Below the pieces are notes generated by a model. The model saw only the letters and a list, made by a program, of their open reading frames with translations, had not been told where the DNA came from and did not search any database. A stretch of DNA of 63,284 bases, filler included, from Octopus bimaculoides (lineage: Eukaryota), in NCBI RefSeq assembly GCF_001194135.2. It is 9 parts of 9 records of this genome, joined end to end, with 100 filler letters (N's around TTAATTAATTAA, not from the genome) between each part and the next. Parts side by side here need not be neighbours in the genome. Positions count along the whole stretch, not along the records: positions 3,457 to 17,958 come from NC_068984.1; positions 18,059 to 21,385 come from NW_026337570.1; positions 21,486 to 25,370 come from NC_068997.1; positions 25,471 to 44,760 come from NC_068988.1; 5 more parts are not named here. One strand, 5' to 3'. The first letter of the stretch is position 1; each line of letters opens with the position of its first letter. Position numbers and translations under genes: made by a program. This document shows, piece by piece, positions 12,961 through 25,531 of this stretch.

Positions 12961-13590
12961 NNNNNNNNNNNNNNNNNNNNNNNNNNNNNNNNNNNNNNNN
13001 NNNNNNNNNNNNNNNNNNNNNNNNNNNNNNNNNNNNNNNNNNNNNNNNNNNNNNNNNNNNNNNNNNNNNNNNNNNNNNNNNNNNNNNNNNNNNNNNNNNN
13101 NNNNNNNNNNNNNNNNNNNNNNNNNNNNNNNNNNNNNNNNNNNNNNNNNNNNNNNNNNNNNNNNNNNNNNNNNNNNNNNNNNNNNNNNNNNNNNNNNNNN
13201 NNNNNNNNNNNNNNNNNNNNNNNNNNNNNNNNNNNNNNNNNNNNNNNNNNNNNNNNNNNNNNNNNNNNNNNNNNNNNNNNNNNNNNNNNNNNNNNNNNNN
13301 NNNNNNNNNNNNNNNNNNNNNNNNNNNNNNNNNNNNNNNNNNNNNNNNNNNNNNNNNNNNNNNNNNNNNNNNNNNNNNNNNNNNNNNNNNNNNNNNNNNN
13401 NNNNNNNNNNNNNNNNNNNNNNNNNNNNNNNNNNNNNNNNNNNNNNNNNNNNNNNNNNNNNNNNNNNNNNNNNNNNNNNNNNNNNNNNNNNNNNNNNNNN
13501 NNNNNNNNNNNNNNNNNNNNNNNNNNNNNNNNNNNNNNNNNNNNNNNNNNNNNNNNNNNNNNNNNNNNNNNNNNNNNNNNNNNNNNNNNN

Positions 13591-13639
<49 letters not shown>

Positions 13640-13784
13640 TTGGGTTTGAAAAGAGGGTGTCTGGAGAATGGTTATTTGAGAGGTTATTTGTCATTTTGAA
13701 TTTATAGGTGTATGTATATGTGTGTGTATGTAAATGCGTGTAAGCATGAATTTTTAAGCCAAACAAAATAAAGAAAGAAAGGAA

Positions 13785-13860
13785 GGATGAAAGAAAGAAT
13801 GAATAAAGAAAGAATGAATAAAGAAAGAATGAATAAAGAAAGAATGAATAAAGAAAGAAA
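13785..13860. repeat. Short tandem repeat, 15-bp unit aaagaaagaatgaat
   Basis: Four to five consecutive copies. Confidence 0.85.
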
Positions 13861-14205
13861 GAAAAAAAGAAAGAAAGGAAAACTGAAGAGGATGTTTTCT
13901 GAGTTGGTTGCAATTGATGACAGGTCAAAGATGTCAACTATTTAATAAATTTCTTTCTGTTATTGTGTGACTGACAAAAGTTTTTGGTCATTTGTTACAT
14001 TGCTCTGCATTTTAAAAAAAATAAATCAATTAAAAAAAAAAATAGAATCTTACAGTTTTATATTTANNNNNNNNNNNNNNNNNNNNNNNNNNNNNNNNNN
14101 NNNNNNNNNNNNNNNNNNNNNNNNNNNNNNNNNNNNNNNNNNNNNNNNNNNNNNNNNNNNNNNNNNNNNNNNNNNNNNNNNNNNNNNNNNNNNNNTGTTG
14201 TTGTT

Positions 14206-14366
14206 TTGGTTGGCGTTAGGAAGGGCATCCAGCTGTAGAAACTCTGCCAAATCAGACTGGAGCCTGGTGTTGCCATCCGGTTTCACCAGTCCTCAGTCAA
14301 ATCGTCCAACCCATGCTAGCATGGAAAGCGGACGTTAAACGATGATGATGATGATGATGATGATGA
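14206..14366 (+). mobile_element. RTE 3'-UTR copy
   Basis: ggttggcgttaggaagggcatccagctgtagaaactctgcc...cggacgttaaac(gat)n, matching 3597-3752. Confidence 0.85.
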
Positions 14367-14375
14367 TTATTATTA

Positions 14376-14710
14376 TTATTCAGGTCACTGCCTGGAATCG
14401 AACTCAGAATCTTGGGGTTAGTAGCCCGTGCTCTTAACCACTACGCTATATGTCCATGGGCATATGGAGTAATGGTTAAGAGCATGGGCTACTAGCCCCA
14501 AGATTCCCAGTTTGATTCCAGGCAGTGACCTGAATAAGAACAATAATGATAATAATAATAACATCGAAAAATACCTTAGGAATAAGAACCCAGGTTCGAA
14601 ATTTCTCCAAGATACCTGATGAAGGCTGGAGGGTATATCAGCCGAAACGTTGTGTTAACAACGAACAAGATGAGGACAAATATCCATCTAATGTAAATAA
14701 TGTAAATAAT
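14376..14710 (+). mobile_element. Composite non-autonomous element: head-to-head tRNA-like palindrome, (TAA)n, then a hammerhead-containing PLE-like tail
   Basis: 14376-14537 is an imperfect loopless palindrome centred on atatgtccat/gggcatat. Each arm has A-box-like (tggagtaatgg; tagcgtagtgg on the minus strand) and B-box-like (gtttgattcc; gttcgattcc on the minus strand) motifs. A CTGATGA...GAAAC motif follows, and the element ends tgtaaataatgtaaataat. Confidence 0.75.
14611..14656 (+). ncRNA. Minimal type I hammerhead ribozyme
   Basis: GATAC-CTGATGA-A-GGCTG-gagggtatat-CAGCC-GAAAC-GT-T-GTGTT: intact core, 5-bp stem II, palindromic ACGT stem III (dimer type), GUU cleavage site, and stem I GATAC/GTGTT with wobbles. 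This is the architecture described for Penelope-like element hammerheads. Confidence 0.7.
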
Positions 14711-14999
14711 AAAAATAGAATCTATCAAATTGTTTAGGAAGGTTTTTAAATGTGTTTTTCTGTATATGCTTGTAATAGTATGCCTGTGCGTTATTTGTCT
14801 AAGTGAATTTTTCCAGTTATTTTAGTAAAAGTAATGTGAAAATTATTAATTATAATATCAATTGGAAATTTAATTTTGTTTCACCTGGGAGAGCCATTTA
14901 AAAAACAAAAAAATTTGTTGTCTTTTATAAATATATTTTGTTTACATTTAATTTTGGTTGAAATTTGTTTTATAAAATGTTATTCCATTGCTTTTCGGT

Positions 15000-16030
15000 A
15001 TTTTGGATCATCCCTTGGTCATTTCTAGAAAGTAACGACCTCAAAGCTTCTGTTTCTGCCTATTTGCAGATGCTTCCTCAGTGGAATTTTATGTAATTTT
15101 TTGGCCTGATGTGTTGGGCATAGATTCTTACACATCAGCAAAGGGAACTTTTGGTTTTGCAAATGGGGCTGGGTAAGCAGTATATTAGATTCTACGTCTA
15201 TGCTCCCTCTGGTTTGTAAAGGATGGCAAGAGTAAAAGTTCAAATATTGGTGTGTCTGTTTCTAAGGATAATTCATTTTGAGACAGTGGTTGGGTTGTAT
15301 TTGAGAAAATTCATGTCATCCATATATTAAATGGTAAAGAACTCCTTCAGTCATGAATGACCATGGGATTGCTCTTAGAAAGTTACCCTCCAAGGCACAA
15401 GTCTGGGCAAGGTTGTCTATGAAAGACCAGCAGTCACCCATTCTTACCAGTCTCCCCTCTCCATGCCACTGATATTATTCAAGGGAAAGGCAAAGGCTGA
15501 TACAACTTGGTGATGTTGCAACTCATTTCTACAACTGAGTGAACTGGATCAATGTGAAGTAAAGTGCATTGCTCAAGAACACAACACAGCCCAGTCCAAG
15601 AATCAAACTCTCTACCTCACAGTTGTGAGCTCAACACTCTAACCACTGAGCGATGTGCCTTTACCATCTCATTTATAGCTTGGTATTAATGGGCATAAGG
15701 GTTTAAGGAGCATATCTAAAAGATGTCTTGGTTGTTGTGTTGGAGATTGTGGCCCAGCAAATATTGGTCTCAATTTGAGATCTGTGAGTCTTAATATTTT
15801 TATGTACTGATTCTTCTGTTCACTTATGGTTCCCTGTATTTCCATAGGGCAATGCATAGAAATTGCTTTCTTTAATTTCAAAGTTACGTAAGTAGTCCAT
15901 TTCTCTATCTGTGAAGGAGTCTGGGTATTGAGAAATTAATGTTTTGATTTAATTCAATATTGTTTTTTCTGGATTGCTTGTTTCTTCCTGATAGTAATGT
16001 GGGTCTGTTAGTTGTTCCAATATTTTGTCT
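15000..16030 (-). mobile_element. Decayed Penelope-like RT fragments interrupted by a SINE
   Basis: DLKLRPIFAGPQSPTQQPRHLLDMLLKPLCPLIPSY (15669-15881) matches the PLE RT LRPIxAGPxxPT motif. A further degraded RT C-terminal piece lies at 15025-15243. Confidence 0.7.
15340..15665 (-). mobile_element. tRNA-derived SINE (family E) inside the PLE RT
   Basis: Matches 47753-48093 along its length (cagtcatgaatgaccatgggattg...ctctaaccactgagc). Confidence 0.85.
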
Positions 16031-16034
16031 TTAT

Positions 16035-16250
16035 AAGGCAGCGAGCTGGCAGAAACAGCACACCAGGCTAAATGTTTAGTGGTATTTCGTCTCTCTTTAT
16101 GTGCTGAGTTCAAATTCTGCCAAGGTCAACTTTGCCTTTCATCCTTTCGGGGTCTATAAATTAAGTACCAGTTCCGTACTGAAGTCGATCTAAATGACTA
16201 CCCACCTTCCCCAAAAATTTCAGGCCTTGTGCCTAGAGTAGAAAAGAATA
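16035..16250 (+). mobile_element. tRNA-derived SINE (family D)
   Basis: aaggcagcgagctggcagaaac...gagttcaaattctgcc...cctttcggggtc..aattaagtaccag. Copies at 47283-47505, 49147-49376 (-), 49655-49888, 45790-45930 and 52690-52839 (-). Confidence 0.85.
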
Positions 16251-16350
16251 TTTTGTCTTTATAATAGTCCTTGTCCCTAATGACTATTGCCTCACTCTTA
16301 TCAGCTTCTTTTAGTATGATTGGGTTGTTGTTCTTCAGTGTTATTATCTA

Positions 16351-16390
<40 letters not shown>

Positions 16391-16940
16391 CATATATGTA
16401 TGTATCATGTATATGCTTTCTACGTATTTTACTTTGCTTAAAATATCAAACCTGTATTCATGATTCTCCAATCTTAGGTTAAAAACCAATTATAAATTTT
16501 AATTGTAACAACTATTTTCTATAGATTAAAGACAAAGAAATGTTATTGCATTGAAACTGCAAATACTTTACATTAGGGTGTGTAACCTATTGACCTGACT
16601 GATTTCTGAGAGTCATGTATGAGCAAATCTTCAGTGGTTGGTCAGAATAACAGAAACAAAGCAAAAATATAGAAAAGCAATGTTCATTCATAATGGTATT
16701 AGATGAAATGTCTAAATGTCTGAGATGAGTTGTTAATAAGATTGTAATTTTGCAGCTCATTAAGTTCATCTTTAATTACTAAGCCACTGGTGCACGTACA
16801 GTTAATGTTAAAAGTTTAGCTTATTGTATTTATTTTCTGTGCAAAAGGCAGCTATATTGAGCTGAGGCCAGTAATGGTCAGATTTGCAATTTTGTTTTTC
16901 TGTAGCTTGTGTTATCTATCTATCTATCTATCTGTCTGTC

Positions 16941-16978
<38 letters not shown>

Positions 16979-17025
16979 TACATACAGACAGACAGACAGA
17001 CAGACTGACTGACTGACTGACTCAA

Positions 17026-17069
<44 letters not shown>

Positions 17070-17210
17070 CTTTTGTATATATTTATGTACATGAATGTGT
17101 ATATATTTATGTATATATTTATGTACATGTGTATGCAATGTGTGTATGTATAAAGATACATATATGGATGTATTATATATATTATGTATATATATATATA
17201 TATATATATA

Positions 17211-17366
17211 GCCGTAGGAGTAGCTGTGTGGTAAGTAGCTTGCTTACCAACCACATGGTTCCGGGTTCAGTCCCACTGCGTGGCATCTTGGGCAAGTGTC
17301 TTCTACTATAGCCTTGTGAGTGGATTTGGCAGATGAAAACTGAAAGAATCCCGTTGTATATATGTG

Positions 17367-17397
<31 letters not shown>

Positions 17398-17613
17398 GTG
17401 TATGTGCTTGTGTATTTGTGTTCGTCCCCCAACATTGTTTGACAACCAATGCTGGTGTGTTTATGTCCCCGTAACTTAGCAGTCCGGCAAAAGAGACCGA
17501 TAGAATAAGTACTAGGCTTCCAAAGAATAAGTCCTGGGGTCGATTTGCTCGACTAAAGACGGTGCTCCAGCATGGCCACAGTCAAAAGACTGAAACAAGT
17601 AAAAGAGTAAAGA
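17211..17613 (+). mobile_element. tRNA-derived SINE (family C) with an internal microsatellite
   Basis: Head gtaggagtagctgtgtggtaagtagcttgcttaccaaccacatggttccgggttcagtccc, body ccttgggcaagtgtcttct, tail gtgctccagcatggccacagtcaaaagactgaaacaag. Further copies or fragments at ~3190, 11190, 24185, 25945, 39480, 49490, 51130, 54790, 58462, 61270 and 63190. Confidence 0.85.
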
Positions 17614-17909
17614 GTATATATATATGCACACACACATACACCCACTACTTGTGTATGTATATATTTATGTATATGAATATGCATATGTATGAGTATGTGT
17701 ATGTATGTATTATATATAAGTATGTGTGTGTGTGTATGTATGTATGTATTATATATATGTATATATATATATTTATGTACATATATGCATGCGTATATAT
17801 GTATTATATAGATGTATGTATATATATATTTATGTACATATATGTATGCATGTATATATATGTATGTATTGTATATGTATATATATATTTATGTACATAA
17901 GTATACATG

Positions 17910-17958
<49 letters not shown>

Positions 17959-18836
17959 NNNNNNNNNNNNNNNNNNNNNNNNNNNNNNNNNNNNNNNNNN
18001 NNTTAATTAATTAANNNNNNNNNNNNNNNNNNNNNNNNNNNNNNNNNNNNNNNNNNNNTATATATATATACGTATGAGAAAATGCACACGACGCGGGAAT
18101 ACATGTAATGAATATATTATATACGCACGAGTACATGTAAATGTGTACGCATATATAGACACCAGTGTATACGTATATAAATTTATATAAATCATATATG
18201 TACATATGTGTATATGTATAAGTGTGTGTGTGTATTTATGCAGATGTGTATACGGAAACATGGTACAATGTATCTTGCTACACACAGGCATTCTTGTATT
18301 TCAGTATGCACATATGCACATATGTAAGGAAACGTATGTATTACGTACGTCTATCATACATATACTAAAAAAGCGCACACCTATTACGTGTATAGAAATA
18401 TATATACCATGGTTTATTAGACTAAGTGCGTATACCTACTTAAGCAGACGTACACAGAAACGTACGCATGCGTTGGGGTCTTCTATTACTATCTTCATGT
18501 GTAAATATATATTTACTTATGCGTCTTTCTGCGTATATTCATATGTAGTTATACATAATCATTACGTAGACTCGTTTTATCTATCTATCTATCTCTTTCT
18601 GAGCTTCTAGACATAGAGCCGTTATTACTTTGGATATTTATGACGATTTATATATGTGTGTATGTATGTATGTGTGTGTATNNNNNNNNNNNNNNNNNNN
18701 NNNNNNNNNNNNNNNNNNNNNNNNNNNNNNNNNNNNNNNNNNNNNNNNNNNNNNNNNNNNNNNNNNNNNNNNNNNNNNNNNNNNNNNNNNNNNNNNNNNN
18801 NNNNNNNNNNNNNNNNNNNNNNNNNNNNNNNNATAT

Positions 18837-18877
<41 letters not shown>

Positions 18878-20088
18878 GAGAGATAGAGACAAAAACACAC
18901 AGACAGACATATATACATGTGTGTGTGTATGAGCATATATAGACTCATAGATAATTAGATATACATGTAAGCAGATGTACATGAATAAAGATTCTAAGCC
19001 TCCTCCAAATATAATAAATCATTTAGCAATATAAGCTGAATATAATATGTAATATATTCTACAATAGAGTCAACTTCAATGAAACATTTAGTTGTTACAT
19101 TAACGTATTAGTAAAGCAACAACTGGGTCTAAAGAAAACAGCTTTCTACGGAGCGCGAACACCAAAGCAAAGGTCATAGATAACACAATATCACATGATT
19201 TTAGCCAACCAACCACAATTATGTAGAATCGATTGAGACTTAGCTATAGGTAACAGCAATGAAAATCTTTGTGAAAGAATAAGTGAATAATGTAGCTTAC
19301 GTCTGTGTGAAATGTCAGTGAGATAATAATAATATAGATCCTGTGGTAGCCAAATATAATTGGAAGATTAAGAAGACCTGTCTGCTTAACAATAAATTCT
19401 AAAGAACAGCGAATATCTACAAAGTGGAAGTAATGTCCAAATGGGTTCCGAGGAAATGGAAACAGAAAATAGTTTCGTAATGATGTGTCAAGGCTGTTAC
19501 AGAATTCATTTTTCAACCACAATTCACCTTCGCGAATAAGGGAAAGAGAAACACAACAGCATTGTCAAGATACGTTTGGAAATTAAGAGAACAATGTGTT
19601 GACTATTTCACTATAGTCTGGTCGAATAACGAACATATCACATTCTGAAGGAATATCATTATAAACAACCAGCTGATACGTTAAGCTAAAATATTTAAAT
19701 AGTTTCGAAATGCAGAAGCAAGAATATAATTTAATATTGCTTCTGTCGCGATTTAATATTTTTTAAATAATAAATCACAACTGGCTTATGTTAATAATAA
19801 ATGATATCGCTTGTCAACTGGGTATTCGCGCCACCAGTGCCTGAGTAGTTACTGAGACTATGTATATCGCTAGCAGAAGAATTGCTGGTATTTCCAGCTT
19901 TCAGGAATCTACCATTGACAAGCCCAAGGTAGGCCGAAATCAAGTAGTATGGTAGTCGCGGTGACGGAGATAGCGGTGACTTATCTCTCGCTAGCGATAT
20001 AAACAAAAGTGCTCATATGCATCCACTTTTTTAGTGAGGCAAGTTTAACACTAAATATACACATATCTAGACATACAAGTAAGAGTAT

Positions 20089-20121
<33 letters not shown>

Positions 20122-21485
20122 ATACAATGTTGAAAGCGAAAGCCAATAAAATCACCACGCTAACCCGACCACAGACACCACTGCTGATACCAGCAGCACC
20201 ACCATCAACACCACCAGCAACAGCAGCAGCGGCACGATGACGACGACCGCCACCACCNNNNNNNNNNNNNNNNNNNNNNNNNNNNNNNNNNNNNNNNNNN
20301 NNNNNNNNNNNNNNNNNNNNNNNNNNNNNNNNNNNNNNNNNNNNNNNNNNNNNNNNNNNNNNNNNNNNNNNNNNNNNNNNNNNNNNNNNNNNNNNNNNNN
20401 NNNNNNNNNNNNNNNNNNNNNNNNNNNNNNNNNNNNNNNNNNNNNNNNNNNNNNNNNNNNNNNNNNNNNNNNNNNNNNNNNNNNNNNNNNNNNNNNNNNN
20501 NNNNNNNNNNNNNNNNNNNNNNNNNNNNNNNNNNNNNNNNNNNNNNNNNNNNNNNNNNNNNNNNNNNNNNNNNNNNNNNNNNNNNNNNNNNNNNNNNNNN
20601 NNNNNNNNNNNNNNNNNNNNNNNNNNNNNNNNNNNNNNNNNNNNNNNNNNNNNNNNNNNNNNNNNNNNNNNNNNNNNNNNNNNNNNNNNNNNNNNNNNNN
20701 NNNNNNNNNNNNNNNNNNNNNNNNNNNNNNNNNNNNNNNNNNNNNNNNNNNNNNNCGCCGCCGCCGCCGCCACCACCATCCGGATCACCATCCCCCGTAT
20801 CAGCAGCATAATCACTTAAAATGATATTACGTGGACATAAATAACAACAACGCCATCACACTGTATATACCCTCGCCGCCATACATTTACACATACATAT
20901 ATACATGCTCACACACTCACACACACATCTAAATACGTACATACATACATAGATACATACATATAAATACCGTGCACACACAGCCATACACACAAGTGGA
21001 AGTGGAGAAGATCAAGTGTGACGATAGCGGATATTTATGGCTTCTGAATAAATAAGGATCTGTTGTATCGATTATTATACAGACACACACACACATCCTC
21101 ACACATAGATGCGCACATACACGCATATACACATATATAAACACACGCTCACATTTACTGACAGGGAGACATATGAACGTATGCATTATGGTTATGTTTG
21201 CAAATGTGCGTGTCAATGTATGTATGAGTGTATATATGTGTATATATACATAAGTAAATCTGGTATATATATAAATGTTATATATATGTATATATATTTG
21301 TAAATCTGATAGATATATATCAATATATATATGTATATATACATTTGTAAATCTGGTGTATATATATATATATATATATATATATNNNNNNNNNNNNNNN
21401 NNNNNNNNNNNNNNNNNNNNNNNNNNNNNTTAATTAATTAANNNNNNNNNNNNNNNNNNNNNNNNNNNNNNNNNNNNNNNNNNNN

Positions 21486-22041
21486 CCAGCAGCAGCAGCC
21501 GCCGCCGCCGCCGCCTCCTCCGCACCATCCGTCGCACCCGCCGCCACCGCCGCTCACAACGTACGTGCCTCACCATCCTCACCAACAGCAGCAACAACGA
21601 CCACAACAGCATCATCATCATCATCAACAGCATCAGCAGCAGCAACACCACCATATGCAACAGCAGCAACATCATCATCAACAGCAACATCACCACCAGC
21701 AACATCAGCATCAACAACACCATCAACAACAACAACAACAACAACATCATCAACAACAACAATCTCATCCCCACCCTCATCACCATCATCAAACATCGTC
21801 ATCATCATCTCCTCAGCCTCCAAACGTGGGTTCGCCCCACGCTTACATGAACTCACACCTGTTGCATCATGTGACCGGATCCAATTCCCCTTACATTACT
21901 GGTTCGCTACTGGAGGACGCTAGCGGCGGTATACACTATCAGCTGACTCACACGTCCCAGTTAGGGGCGTGCGGTATACCCAGCGCTCACGAACTTCATC
22001 ATGATACCTATTCCTACATACCTAAACTAACGCATCTGTGA
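21486..22041 (+). CDS. Hox3: 3' part of the terminal coding exon of a probable Hox3-class homeobox gene (P/Q/H-rich linker and C-terminus); the 5' part including the homeobox is not visible
   Basis: Open frame from 21487 at the gap edge: QQQQPPPPPPPPHHPSHPPPPPLTTYVPHHPHQQQQQRPQQHHHH..., then unique GC-richer sequence TSSSSSPQPPNVGSPHAYMNSHLLHHVTGSNSPYITGSLLEDASGGIHYQLTHTSQLGACGIPSAHELHHDTYSYIPKLTHL, TGA at 22039-22041. Terminal PKLTHL* is the conserved C-terminus of Hox paralogy group 3 proteins (vertebrate HOXA3/B3/D3 end in EAPKLTHL). No homeodomain seen, so the identity rests on this motif. Confidence 0.62.
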
Positions 22042-22063
22042 AAGAGACGCGCGCGCGCACACA

Positions 22064-22094
<31 letters not shown>

Positions 22095-22179
22095 TCATAC
22101 ACAGACAAAACAGACAGTGTGTTTTTTCTTTGTGCTGTATTGTTTGTTTGTTTCTGTGAATTATTATCATTATTATTAC

Positions 22180-22212
<33 letters not shown>

Positions 22213-24499
22213 TAATTGTAAAATTGTACTTATACATACATACGTGTATATATATGTGTATGTATGCATATGTATCTATATATATATATATATGTATGTG
22301 TGAGTGTGCGCGTGTGTATATATAAGAGTGTGTATATNNNNNNNNNNNNNNNNNNNNNNNNNNNNNNNNNNNNNNNNNNNNNNNNNNNNNNNNNNNNNNN
22401 NNNNNNNNNNNNNNNNNNNNNNNNNNNNNNNNNNNNNNNNNNNNNNNNNNNNNNNNNNNNNNNNNNNNNNNNNNNNNNNNNNNNNNNNNNNNNNNNNNNN
22501 NNNNNNNNNNNNNNNNNNNNNNNNNNNNNNNNNNNNNNNNNNNNNNNNNNNNNNNNNNNNNNNNNNNNNNNNNNNNNNNNNNNNNNNNNNNNNNNNNNNN
22601 NNNNNNNNNNNNNNNNNNNNNNNNNNNNNNNNNNNNNNNNNNNNNNNNNNNNNNNNNNNNNNNNNNNNNNNNNNNNNNNNNNNNNNNNNNNNNNNNNNNN
22701 NNNNNNNNNNNNTTTTTTTTTTTTTTTTTTTTTTGAAAAACAAATTTTAATGAAAAGACGTTGAAAAATAATTATTTAATTAATGAAATAATAAAAAGAA
22801 AAGAATTAATTTCTAAAACATGCAAAGTAAAATATACTAGAACCTGTACAACATGGACGAAATGATAAATGTTAATAATGTTAATTATTATTAATAAGAA
22901 CAAAACAGTAGTGGTGAGGATGACGATTGTGAGGAGAAGGAGGAGGAAGAGAAGAAGGAAAAAGAGAAAGAGATGTAAAACTTCAAAGATGGCAATGACA
23001 AAAATGATAATAATAGTAATAATAATAATAATAATATTAACGAATAAAATGGTGATGATAATAGTAATAATAATAAAATATAAAAGTGAAAGAAAGGCTG
23101 ATGAGTATGATGATGATGATGATGATAATGATAATTGTAATTTTCATTGCAAATGCAACGGACAATGAGTTTACTGAGATATAAAGAAAAAAGGAAAGAA
23201 AATATACAGAAATAAATAAAGACAATTAATTATATACATTAAAACAAACAACAACCCACAAATAAAAACAGACAAAACTCAAAGAGTAAGAACGAGAGCA
23301 GATGGAGGTAGGTAGGGAAGAAAAGAGGTGAAGTCTGAGTTGAAGAATCTCTATGTAATAAATTTATGTTAAAAATAAAACAACAGCCACAATCTAAAGA
23401 AAAAATGCAACAGAATAATAAAAGATATATAAAAAACCAGACACCTGTTTCTCTGTCACTCATCATTAACGTTTATATTTATATGTATGTTTATAAGTAG
23501 AAATGTAAAGGAAACATATCAGCGAGTGTGCTTAGTAAGCAGACGTTTAAGACACGTTTCAAAAAGCATAAGCAAATACCATGGTTTTTTTTTACACTGT
23601 TACCTCTAATTAACACCGATTCAAAATTTATGTTTGCTAAAAGCACACGCTTATGAGTTTACCATACATTTCTACTTATTCTCCAACTGAGTAGTGCTTC
23701 TCTTATGTGCATGTGTGTGAGTGTGTATGTATATCATATTTTATCATTTAGTTATTTCAGTTATTATACTACTAGCTTAAAAGCTGCACTCCATGCAGAC
23801 TTTTAAAGTTGCTCCTGTGGAGGGCTAATTGGGCTTGCTGCCCTAGGAGCTAAATAGCATGACTATAGTACATTTATAATGATTATATGCCCCGGTGGTG
23901 TTTGATCAGAAGTTAAGGGCGGATGAGAATTAATTTTGTAATGCAATCATTCTATTGTTCCAGTCCCAAGATGAATTCCAACCGTTTCTCAATTTATACC
24001 AAAGTTCTTATCTCGACCTAAAATTAATGAAGCGAATCAGCCAAGTTTCACCTGCTAGTAATAGCAACTCAAATGCTTTTTAATCAGATCCCGGATGTTC
24101 AAGAACCAAATGAAGGGCAGAATTTTCAATGTAGAGTGAAATACAGGGGTCCAGGACAGAATTTAAAGTTTATTGTTATATATGGTCATGCTGGGATATC
24201 GCCTCGAAGAGTTTCGTCGAACAAATCTACTCCAGTATTCTCTTTTTAAGTTTGGTACTTATTCTGTTGTATTCTTCTGCCAAACCATTAAGTTAAGGGG
24301 CACATAAGCGAAACAACACCGGTTGTAAAGCAGTGGTGAGGAAAAACAGACACACATAAAGCATACNNNNNNNNNNNNNNNNNNNNNNNNNNNNNNNNNN
24401 NNNNNNNNNNNNNNNNNNNNNNNNNNNNNNNNNNNNNNNNNNNNNNNNNNNNNNNNNNNNNNNNNNNNNNNNNNNNNNNNNNNNNNNNNNNNNNNNNNN

Positions 24500-24564
<65 letters not shown>

Positions 24565-24815
24565 CTTGTACCCAGATATGCATCTATATATACATGTAGA
24601 TGTAGGTATGTACATACATGTACGTATATATGCATATAGTCACATATTATTTGTATTATTATATATATATATAAGTTTCGTAGCTACTTCAGCATAGCTG
24701 TTCGGTTCGAACGGACTTTATTTCAGTTTTTTTAACCCCGAGGGGACATCTTTAGCTGGTAACGATGCATACCTGCATCTAATACATTGCGAACAGGGGA
24801 GTGAANNNNNNNNNN

Positions 24816-24858
<43 letters not shown>

Positions 24859-25333
24859 CATTCACGCATATATAGATATACAAACACATATGTATATATA
24901 TACACACATACACACATATATATATATGTATATATATGTATGTATGTATGTATGAATGAATATGCGTGAAGGAGTAGAGAACAGACTGTGCGAGGGAGAA
25001 GGTTTTGAAGAAATGAATTAAAACGGGAAGCAAGGAAAGAAAGCTAAGAAAACAGAGATAAGAATCTAATCACACTTACACATACGTATGCACACACACA
25101 CACACACACAATTGTACTCACGTATCTAACACATCTGTATGTAAGCATATGTATATAATTACATATGTAAACATATATGTCTGTGTGTCTCTGATCAACA
25201 TGCAGCTTTCTCGGTGGGGTATTTCCTCCTCAGCTGTCGAGTGACGATCACAACTGATATGTAGTTGTGTGAGTGTATACGTACGGCTATACTTATCTAT
25301 AAATATGCATATGTGTATGTATATATATATATA

Positions 25334-25370
<37 letters not shown>

Positions 25371-25470
25371 NNNNNNNNNNNNNNNNNNNNNNNNNNNNNN
25401 NNNNNNNNNNNNNNTTAATTAATTAANNNNNNNNNNNNNNNNNNNNNNNNNNNNNNNNNNNNNNNNNNNN

Positions 25471-25531
<61 letters not shown>

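Noticed and set aside
14460-14530. Functional tRNA gene (ACT anticodon)
   Set aside because: The acceptor stem and arms do not pair properly, and it is part of a palindromic repeat, so it is tRNA-derived only.
20140-20824. CAG/CCG/CAC-rich sequence as an upstream Hox3 exon
   Set aside because: No hexapeptide (YPWM) or homeobox is visible, frames close quickly, most of it is a gap, and a join separates it from the PKLTHL exon.
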